A stretch of DNA of 25,208 bases from a virus (Duplodnaviria > Caudoviricetes). The position numbers and the translations under genes were made by a program. This document shows, piece after piece, positions 1-6,287 of the stretch (position 1 is the stretch's first letter; every line of letters starts with the position of its first letter). Under the pieces are notes generated by a model. The model searched no databases, was not told the DNA's origin, and saw only the letters and a program-made list of their open reading frames with translations. The DNA lies in IMG/VR virus record IMGVR_UViG_3300044676_008138, positions 1 to 25,208 of that record. One strand, written 5' to 3'.

Positions 1-31
1 ATGTTGTTGTTAAAAGCATTTCAGTTACTCC

Positions 32-70
32 AAAAAAAAACGCTCCGATGCTGTCAGGCCATCGGAGCGT
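32..70 (-). terminator. Intrinsic terminator-like hairpin
   Basis: ACGCTCCGATG (40-50) / CATCGGAGCGT (60-70), 11-bp stem; A-run 32-40 gives a U-tail on the minus strand. Confidence 0.6.
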
Positions 71-288
71 CCCAAACCGAGGAAGGTTTTATGGTTCGCA
101 AAAGTCTGACAGTTAAAATCAGTTGCGACTCAATCCTTTTGAATCTTTGCGACAAGTTTTCCATTCATCCTTGGTCGCAGTCGCAACTGGCATGTTGAAA
201 GAATATGGGTTCAAAAACCCGATTCTCAAACTCGCACAAAAAAGCTTGAAAAAACACGACATTTGCCCAAAGGTGTCACAGTTTATGC

Positions 289-352
289 GAGGTCGTGTGA
301 GGTCGTGCAATTTCGAGAGAGATCGTGCAACGCATGATCTACTGCTTATGAT
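289..352 (+). promoter_or_regulatory. Promoter/operator of excisionase-like gene with 10-bp-phased direct repeats
   Basis: GAGGTCGTG at 289 and 299, GAGATCGTG at 319; GTGCAA(325-330)-16-TATGAT(347-352); ATG 6 nt after the -10. Confidence 0.5.
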
Positions 353-358
353 TTCAAC

Positions 359-592
359 ATGGAAAAACTACTAACTATTCCCGAAGTTGCAGCTTTGCTT
401 AACGTAGGTCGAACGACTGTATATCGTTTGGTCGAGTCGGGAGAATTGCGTTCAAAGGTTGTCGGCAAAAACAAGCTTAGAAAAACGATCCGAATCAAAA
501 AAGAATGGGTTGATGACTATGTCAACTCAGACATTCCTGAGATCAAAATCTCAAAAAAACGTAATCCAAAAAACACTGTTGAAATTTTTTAA
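359..592 (+). CDS. Excisionase-family (HTH_17/MerR-like) DNA-binding protein
   Basis: LLTIPEVAALLNVGRTTVYRLVESGEL...IRI..EWVDDYV is the typical HTH_17 pattern; near the integrase. Confidence 0.9.
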   Translation: MEKLLTIPEVAALLNVGRTTVYRLVESGELRSKVVGKNKLRKTIRIKKEWVDDYVNSDIPEIKISKKRNPKNTVEIF

Positions 593-619
593 TAACTAGA
601 AAGAGCAGGGAAAAGCAAC

Positions 620-1105
620 ATGTCAGGAGAATGCAGTGATCAAGTTACGTTGACTGATTCTGAGATGAAAATCGCAGCTTTGGTGGGAACGAATCGTAAT
701 ACTGAATCGATATCCAAAGGGCTGTTGGATAAACATGGATTCACAGGGGACGGATGGTCTGTGAATATCGAAGGAGCATGTGGGGAATTGGCGTTCGCCA
801 AATTTGTAAATAAATATTGGAACGGAAGTGTAAACACGTTCAAAAATGGTGGAGATGTAGGTCGATTCCAGGTGCGAACGAGAAGTGACCATTCATATGA
901 TTTAATCATCCGACCTGATGATCGAGACAGTGACTACTTCATCCTTGTCACCGGGCAAGCCCCAGTGTTTCGAGTGAGAGGATTTATTCTTGCTGCAGAC
1001 GCAAAGCGAATGTCTGAATGTATTCAGACATATGGTGGCAGACCACCTGCATGGTTTATTCCTGCTGATCGACTCTTCAGGATTGCTAGTGCGTTTGCAT
1101 CTTAA
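620..1105 (+). CDS. Phage hypothetical protein, probable PD-(D/E)xK nuclease-like fold
   Basis: GACGELAFAK...GDVG..QVRT...DYFILV...GFI pattern resembles small phage restriction-endonuclease-like proteins; purine-rich leader. Confidence 0.6.
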   Translation: MSGECSDQVTLTDSEMKIAALVGTNRNTESISKGLLDKHGFTGDGWSVNIEGACGELAFAKFVNKYWNGSVNTFKNGGDVGRFQVRTRSDHSYDLIIRPDDRDSDYFILVTGQAPVFRVRGFILAADAKRMSECIQTYGGRPPAWFIPADRLFRIASAFAS

Positions 1106-1117
1106 ACAGCTATGCCA

Positions 1118-2209
1118 TCACCCAAACAACCACCCTTGAACGTGATTAGTGATCTTTCGCAAACGTTCAACGTAAACTCCATCGGCATAGTTTTCGTACA
1201 GCGTCGATCCATCGCTGTGACCCATCAAAGCTTTTAGAGCCAGGTCGTCACCAACCTCTTTTCCGATGTTTGAAAACGTGGTCCTAAGTGCTCCGAAATT
1301 CTTTCCAGGAGAATAGATCCCAGCAGACTTGAGATAGCGGTAAAATGTTTTGGATACCAAATCATACTTGCCGCTGGTGTATGGCTTCCCGCTCAGTGTT
1401 AGAAACAATTCTGGACCTAAATCCGGGCAGCTTTCTGCGATTGCGATCTTCAATGCTTCGAGTGTCTCGGGCCAAAGCGGAGTAACACGCATGAAGTGTG
1501 TCTTTGCTCGAGGGTACTCAAGCAAACCGGTTTGAATGGCATCAATTGCCTTATCCCGCAGAAGCGTTCTGATGTCAGAATTATTGAGAGCACCGTTTAT
1601 CCCCAGAAGAATGATTGCCTTGAAACTTGGATCAGAGACTTTAATTGCCTTATTAATTTCATTTGCAGTCATCGCTCGCTTAGGACTTGCCTGGCGATGC
1701 CTTCTTAGTTCGTTATCAGACACTGATGCCAAGGCACTTTGAAACGGCAGCTGACGATCGACAAAACGATTATCAATTGAAGCAAACCGGAAGATCGTCC
1801 GCGCGTAACCCAGGCGGATGTCGAATCGTTTTGGTGAAATCGTTTTTTTGTTTTTACCTTTTGCGAGACCTCTCCGAACCGCTTCGAAATGCTCGACTGA
1901 AAGAATTGATATTGCGTTGTGTTTTGAAATTGACCCAGCGATCAATTTACAAACCTCGAGATAGTCGTCGTAAGTTCGTTGAGATAAATTGCCTGAATCA
2001 AGCTTCTCTTTTCGATGAGAGAGAAAAGAATTGAGCAATGTCGCGACCGTGCATTGATTCAACGGCGGAGCAACTCCTGCCTCCAGGTACGGTTTCTGCC
2101 GCAAGTATTCTCGGATTGAATCGTCGTAAACAGTACCGAAGTAATGGACCTTTCCTCTTATTTTTTTCGCCCAGTATTTACCTTGCTTCAGCGTGAGTTC
2201 TCGTTTCAT
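1118..2209 (-). CDS. int: Tyrosine recombinase / phage integrase
   Basis: N-terminal arm-binding beta segment WAKKIRGKVHYFG, core-binding LSQRTYDDY, box II ALRTTF...LMGH...YENY; adjacent att core. Confidence 0.93.
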   Translation of the reverse strand: MKRELTLKQGKYWAKKIRGKVHYFGTVYDDSIREYLRQKPYLEAGVAPPLNQCTVATLLNSFLSHRKEKLDSGNLSQRTYDDYLEVCKLIAGSISKHNAISILSVEHFEAVRRGLAKGKNKKTISPKRFDIRLGYARTIFRFASIDNRFVDRQLPFQSALASVSDNELRRHRQASPKRAMTANEINKAIKVSDPSFKAIILLGINGALNNSDIRTLLRDKAIDAIQTGLLEYPRAKTHFMRVTPLWPETLEALKIAIAESCPDLGPELFLTLSGKPYTSGKYDLVSKTFYRYLKSAGIYSPGKNFGALRTTFSNIGKEVGDDLALKALMGHSDGSTLYENYADGVYVERLRKITNHVQGWLFG

Positions 2210-2428
2210 GGGGACAATTTGGGGACATGGTTTTGGAGCAGTGCATAAAAAAAGCCATTTGACCTCAAATATAATTGGTCAAATGGCCGAATGAAATACC
2301 ACAGACTCGGGTTCGAATCCCGTTCTCTCCGCTTTTAAACCCCTGTTTTTACGGAGTTTTTTGTTTTTTTCATGTCCCTTTAAATACAAATAAGTCCAGT
2401 TTGTTTCAGCTTAGGGGACAATGTCCCC
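2209..2428 (+). other. attP: tRNA-Ser 3' fragment core with integrase arm-type repeats
   Basis: Core CGGGTTCGAATCCCGTTCTCTCCG (2308-2331) = T-arm, 3' acceptor strand and discriminator G, with no 5' half of a tRNA; TGGGGACA at 2209 and 2220, TGTCCC at 2373, GGGGACA-A-TGTCCCC at 2414-2428. Confidence 0.85.
2247..2287 (-). terminator. Terminator-like hairpin upstream of integrase
   Basis: GCCATTTGACC (2254-2264) / GGTCAAATGGC (2277-2287); A7 at 2247-2253 gives a U-tail on the minus strand. Confidence 0.55.
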
Positions 2429-2813
2429 GGTCAATCCTTGCCGCAACAGATATCGCATTGATCATTCGAGTTCCCCGACTGTCACCGGTTCGTCGTATCC
2501 AGTCGACTTCGTTGTTTTCGACCCATTTACGAACTTCATGCTTCGGTTGAGCAAATGCCTCGCAAATGTCACCTATCGTCATCCACTCCTGCCCACGAAA
2601 AGCATCGTTTGCGAGTTCCAGATTTTCCAAAGCTTCTCGCTCGTCAATGATCGTCGGTTTGGTTTGCTCCTCACTGAATTTCTCCTCTTTGTTTTCTGTA
2701 GTGGCCAGGCTCAAAAGTATGCGTGTAATTTGTTCACATTTGTCAAAGTCATACCTGCTTGCAAGCTCGATAGCTTTTTCGAGCAAGGTACTATTAAGAT
2801 CTTCGAAATCCAT
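2406..2813 (-). CDS. Hypothetical protein with C-terminal winged-HTH (MerR/Xis-like) segment; start uncertain (2840 TTG, 2813 ATG or 2786 TTG)
   Basis: WMTIGDICEAF....EVRKWVENNEV..IR..G..RGTRMI resembles MerR-type HTH; open ORF up to 144 aa. Confidence 0.65.
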   Translation of the reverse strand: MDFEDLNSTLLEKAIELASRYDFDKCEQITRILLSLATTENKEEKFSEEQTKPTIIDEREALENLELANDAFRGQEWMTIGDICEAFAQPKHEVRKWVENNEVDWIRRTGDSRGTRMINAISVAARIDRGHCPLS

Positions 2814-2857
2814 TTTAAAAAATTCCGTTTGTATTTGCAAAATTCAAATTTAATGAC

Positions 2858-2886
2858 TTGCAAAACAGATCTCTCTACTGTAACGT
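2858..2886 (+). promoter_or_regulatory. Sigma70-type promoter
   Basis: TTGCAA(2858-2863)-17 nt-TAACGT(2881-2886). Confidence 0.55.
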
Positions 2887-2891
2887 GCGCA

Positions 2892-3006
2892 TAGAAATCC
2901 GCTCTGCGGTTTTCGAGTGGTCGGCAACAATCTTCATTGTTGTTGGAAGTTGCCGACCCAATTAAAAAACTTCAAAAGCCCAGCAGTAGTATGCTGGGTT
3001 TTTTTT
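2892..3006 (+). ncRNA. Candidate ~115-nt structured small RNA
   Basis: Lies between a promoter and a terminator; hairpins 2894-2914 and 2919-2958 (GGTCGGCAAC/GTTGCCGACC); no credible ORF. Confidence 0.5.
2974..3006 (+). terminator. Intrinsic terminator, possibly bidirectional
   Basis: AAAA-GCCCAGCA-gtagta-TGCTGGGT followed by a T-run to 3006. Confidence 0.75.
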
Positions 3007-3143
3007 GTGGATTAATTATTTCATGGCATTGCTTTCAGGTTGGTATAGGAAAAGTTCTGCAGGAAAGGGGTGTCCCACATTTGAACTACACATTTAACAG
3101 AAATCAATCTGACAGATTCAAAAAAAATAAAATTTTAGATGTT

Positions 3144-3371
3144 TTAGGTTGACTGCTCGTATTGACAACGTTGGTCAGGATCCTTGTTTTTTTTCCAGTT
3201 TTTAAAACCTCGGCTCGAGGCAACTAGCTTTTCGATCGTCTCTGCGGCATTCTCCAGCTGGCGGAAGTACTCCAGGATCTCAACGTTGAATCGGTTGCAA
3301 TACTGTTTCTTTATACTTCCCGCTGGAGAGGGTTTTCGACCGGCACCTTCACGCTTTCCACCTCTAGGCAT
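3144..3371 (-). CDS. Small DNA-binding protein (RGGxRxGAGRK motif plus RHH-like segment)
   Basis: MPRGGKREGAGRKP N-terminus is common in small phage regulators; SD AGGAG. Confidence 0.75.
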   Translation of the reverse strand: MPRGGKREGAGRKPSPAGSIKKQYCNRFNVEILEYFRQLENAAETIEKLVASSRGFKNWKKNKDPDQRCQYEQST

Positions 3372-3382
3372 TTTCTTGTCTC

Positions 3383-3586
3383 CTAGTTGCTTCGGAAAGC
3401 GTTGTCGGCATCGATCACCTTGCAGACCTCATCCAAAGCTTCGTTGAGGTGCGCGATAGCAGTGCCACGGCAATCCTCTAAGTCGCTTTGCATTTCAGGA
3501 TCGCCATAGTTCTCTGCCATGTTTGCAAATGCGATCCCGGTCAAAATTCGATCTCGGACAAAGTCCAATAATTCCTTTTGGTTCAT
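3383..3586 (-). CDS. Small acidic hypothetical protein
   Basis: 67 aa, GAGAGGG SD, tightly packed in operon. Confidence 0.75.
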   Translation of the reverse strand: MNQKELLDFVRDRILTGIAFANMAENYGDPEMQSDLEDCRGTAIAHLNEALDEVCKVIDADNAFRSN

Positions 3587-3610
3587 CGTTTCCCTCTCAG
3601 TTGTTAGTTG

Positions 3611-3850
3611 TTAGTAAAGTCGAGCAGTGCCGCCGCAATGCAAAGCGGACAAGACATGCTCTTCTGCCTCTTCAACAGTGCAAGGAGTATGCTTTTGCCC
3701 ACCCCCTCCAGGTTTTGATCCTCTAAAGAATCGAAATCCATGTAATTGTCGATAACTCAACGTTAGCAATTTCTTTCCGCCTGCGCCACGAATCTCGACC
3801 ATGTGGTTCTTGCCAGACTGGAGTGCTTTTGTAATTTCGCTTGCGTTCAT
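3611..3850 (-). CDS. Small basic hypothetical protein
   Basis: 79 aa, GAGAGGG SD, directly downstream of a near-consensus promoter. Confidence 0.75.
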   Translation of the reverse strand: MNASEITKALQSGKNHMVEIRGAGGKKLLTLSYRQLHGFRFFRGSKPGGGGQKHTPCTVEEAEEHVLSALHCGGTARLY

Positions 3851-3885
3851 GTTTCCCTCTCGTGATTAGTTGCTTGATGTCTCCA

Positions 3886-3914
3886 ATCTTAGGGATCGGT
3901 TTGATATGCGTCAA
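3886..3914 (-). promoter_or_regulatory. Near-consensus sigma70 promoter of the small-gene operon
   Basis: Minus strand TTGACG-17 nt-TAAGAT with AT-rich UP-like element upstream. Confidence 0.75.
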
Positions 3915-3933
3915 GCCTTTAATCAAAAGAAAT

Positions 3934-3963
3934 AAAAAAAAGACCAACTTTTCAGTTGGTCTT
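3934..3963 (-). terminator. Terminator ending the virion operon
   Basis: AAGACCAACT-TTTC-AGTTGGTCTT, 10-bp stem, with A-run 3934-3941; about 30 nt after the last structural gene. Confidence 0.8.
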
Positions 3964-3991
3964 AAAATCTCGAGTTTTTCGATCGGGAAGC

Positions 3992-4408
3992 TTACTTCAC
4001 TTCATTTTGGATCGTGATGTCCAAGACGAAATCTTGGTCTTCATTGGCGTAGCCAAGACGCACGAGTTTATCTAGCGAACTGACATCGCTATATTCACCA
4101 ATTGCTGTACCGGCAAGGTAAAACTGTGTTCCAGGTGTAAGCGCAGAACCGTAATCAATCACAGTGCCCTTGGTTGTCACAAACCAAACGTACTTATCAG
4201 TTTCACTGGGGGACACTGTGATACCAACAACCTGACTTGTTGCTGAGTCGGTCGGATCCGAATCGGCGACCGTGTACTTACCGGTTGCTGAGTTGAGATA
4301 AATTGGTTGCATGACCGAAAGAGCAGCGGTCGCTTGCCCCGACTCGGGTCGCACGTTTGCGGTTTTTGGGAATGGTTGAGCACCAACCGGAATCGTTAAA
4401 GTTGCCAT
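3992..4408 (-). CDS. Virion protein, capsid-cement/DUF2190-like beta-rich fold (paralogue 1)
   Basis: QPIYL...G.Y..A...VVGI...G.L.PG.QFYL...V.LG pattern; paralogous to 4439-4873. Confidence 0.7.
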   Translation of the reverse strand: MATLTIPVGAQPFPKTANVRPESGQATAALSVMQPIYLNSATGKYTVADSDPTDSATSQVVGITVSPSETDKYVWFVTTKGTVIDYGSALTPGTQFYLAGTAIGEYSDVSSLDKLVRLGYANEDQDFVLDITIQNEVK

Positions 4409-4438
4409 TTGGTTTCCTTGCTTTACGGCCTTAAATTG

Positions 4439-4873
4439 TTATTTTGTTTCACGCAAATCAACTATATTTGTACACCAGTCTCCCGCCTCCGTCGTGAATC
4501 CTAGATGAACGACATAGTCACCTGCTACAATATCTGCTGAATAGTCGTCAGTAATTTCACCAGAACGGTCAAGCCAAAAATGGCTCCCCGCTGGTAGTGT
4601 TCCCTGAAAATCAATAATATCTCCCGTTACGAAGGAAAACACACATTGTGAACCAGTTTCCGCTTGTGTAACAGATATTCCAACAACAACGCTTTTAGTC
4701 GGGTCTGTTGGGTCTGAAGTGGCTATTTTTAATACAGGTGCTTCTGGGTCTGTGACGCTGTCCAAATAAACAGGCTGAATGATATCTATCGCCTCGCCTG
4801 CTTCGCGCCCCCCAAGTGCCCCAAGCGTTTTGAGAAATGGTTTTGAATTTACTGGTATTTGTAAAGTTGTCAT
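4439..4873 (-). CDS. Virion protein, capsid-cement/DUF2190-like beta-rich fold (paralogue 2)
   Basis: AGEAI...QPVYL...SDPTD..VVGI...G.L..G..FWL...V.LG pattern. Confidence 0.7.
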   Translation of the reverse strand: MTTLQIPVNSKPFLKTLGALGGREAGEAIDIIQPVYLDSVTDPEAPVLKIATSDPTDPTKSVVVGISVTQAETGSQCVFSFVTGDIIDFQGTLPAGSHFWLDRSGEITDDYSADIVAGDYVVHLGFTTEAGDWCTNIVDLRETK

Positions 4874-4886
4874 TTTTTACCTCTTT

Positions 4887-6287
4887 CTAAAGCGGATTAA
4901 CTCCACCACCACCACCGGACGGTGGTTCTGTGTATTGGTTTTTATCTGTACCGATTGGAATGATTGTCACCGTTCCGCTAACATCCGTCACCATATCCCA
5001 ATGGTTCTGATTGTTTAAAATATTCGACCCCCTAGGCGTTATCTGCGGGGTGATATCTCTTGGCCAAGTTGCAGCCGTAGCAATTCCGCTTAATGCAAAT
5101 GGTTGTGCTCCAGTCTCGTTTGGTATTCGGCTGTCATATCGTTCGAAAATGTCGCTTAGTCTAACTGCCGTTATTCCATATTGCGTGCCGGACCCTGCAC
5201 CAAGCCAAAAATTGAAATTAATATCTGACGACTGGTATAACTTCATTTGCGGTGTAAAGGCTGTTTCTGTTGCAAATACATTAAACGACATTCCGCCGGT
5301 CGCCTCGGTAGCATGTTTGTTATAAACGGTAATCATGCAGCCAGTGTTTCCGTGACTAAGCACAGGAATCGGTGTACCTGTTCCGTGCCAACCTTTCAAA
5401 CTACAAACCGCTCGGCTTGTATAACCAAACGGATACGGGATGTCGTAGGTTGCGCTACCGGAACCTGACGCGCCAGCTGCTACTGAACTCACTGAAACCG
5501 AAACGACTTGAAGTCTTGGAATGATAAATTCATTTTTTAAAGAGTAGGTCGCAACCCCATCAACGATGTAAACAAAATCTTGACCGGTTTCAACAAAAGC
5601 CATTCCGCCGCCTGGGACAAACTCAATTAATGCATCGTTTGTGGTGTACTGATTAGAAAATGTTGTTATGTTTTGATTGCTAAAGATGCTATCTGGTCCG
5701 GTTATTTTGAAATCCATTGAGGCATAGTCTGACACTTCAGGCATTTCTATTTCCACCCATCGTCCGACAGAAGCTTGGACTTTGTCATCCTCTCCTTCTA
5801 CGACCAAAGGTTTGTTTCGATCAGGTTGGTATGTCACCCAAAAAATCGAGTCCTTAACAATGGGTCGAGTAGCCCAGACTTCAATTTCAGTTTCGTAGAG
5901 ACTGACCCGGCAAGTTTCTTCACCATAGACTTCACTAACATCCTGACTCTCTGACTTGATCACGCATGTTACATTTGTGCAAATCGCCCCGTTTGCTAAT
6001 GCTTTTACTTGTCGAAATAAACCCCTGGAACCAAGTGGATAAAATTTCCCTCTCTCTTGGTCAAACGAAGCTTCAAATCGTTCATGAGGCAATATGCAAT
6101 TCTGGTAATGCAACTCGTAAACTTCAAAGAAGGCATCTGTTTCGCCGTACTCGATTTGGCGACCTAGTGCTGTGCCAATATCGCCAGGCAATATTGCCTC
6201 AGTACAAGTCATCTGAAACGTAGGGACTTCCTGACCAGCAACCGAACTATAAAGTTTCCTTTGCTCTGAATTTCCAAAAGCTTTCAT
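4887..6287 (-). CDS. Putative tail tip / receptor-binding protein
   Basis: 466 aa, G/S/T-rich beta-type C-terminal half, located after the hub-like gene; ATGA overlap with the upstream gene. Confidence 0.55.
   Translation of the reverse strand: MKAFGNSEQRKLYSSVAGQEVPTFQMTCTEAILPGDIGTALGRQIEYGETDAFFEVYELHYQNCILPHERFEASFDQERGKFYPLGSRGLFRQVKALANGAICTNVTCVIKSESQDVSEVYGEETCRVSLYETEIEVWATRPIVKDSIFWVTYQPDRNKPLVVEGEDDKVQASVGRWVEIEMPEVSDYASMDFKITGPDSIFSNQNITTFSNQYTTNDALIEFVPGGGMAFVETGQDFVYIVDGVATYSLKNEFIIPRLQVVSVSVSSVAAGASGSGSATYDIPYPFGYTSRAVCSLKGWHGTGTPIPVLSHGNTGCMITVYNKHATEATGGMSFNVFATETAFTPQMKLYQSSDINFNFWLGAGSGTQYGITAVRLSDIFERYDSRIPNETGAQPFALSGIATAATWPRDITPQITPRGSNILNNQNHWDMVTDVSGTVTIIPIGTDKNQYTEPPSGGGGGVNPL

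Noticed and set aside
1-374. ORFs 1-198, 119-310 and 123-374
   Set aside because: No recognisable motifs; they run across hairpins and the repeat/promoter region, and 123-374 overlaps the xis-like gene
2260-2335. Complete tRNA or tmRNA gene
   Set aside because: Only the T-arm and 3' acceptor strand are present; ATGGCCGAATG (2283-2293) looks D-arm-like but is too close and is explained by the 2254-2287 hairpin; discriminator G argues against tmRNA
2937-3152. 71-aa plus-strand ORF
   Set aside because: TTG start inside a hairpin, reads through a strong terminator, no SD
3992-6287. Diversity-generating retroelement or invertible tail-fibre cassette
   Set aside because: No reverse transcriptase or invertase, no near-identical TR/VR pair or flanking inverted repeats seen; the paralogues are diverged at DNA level
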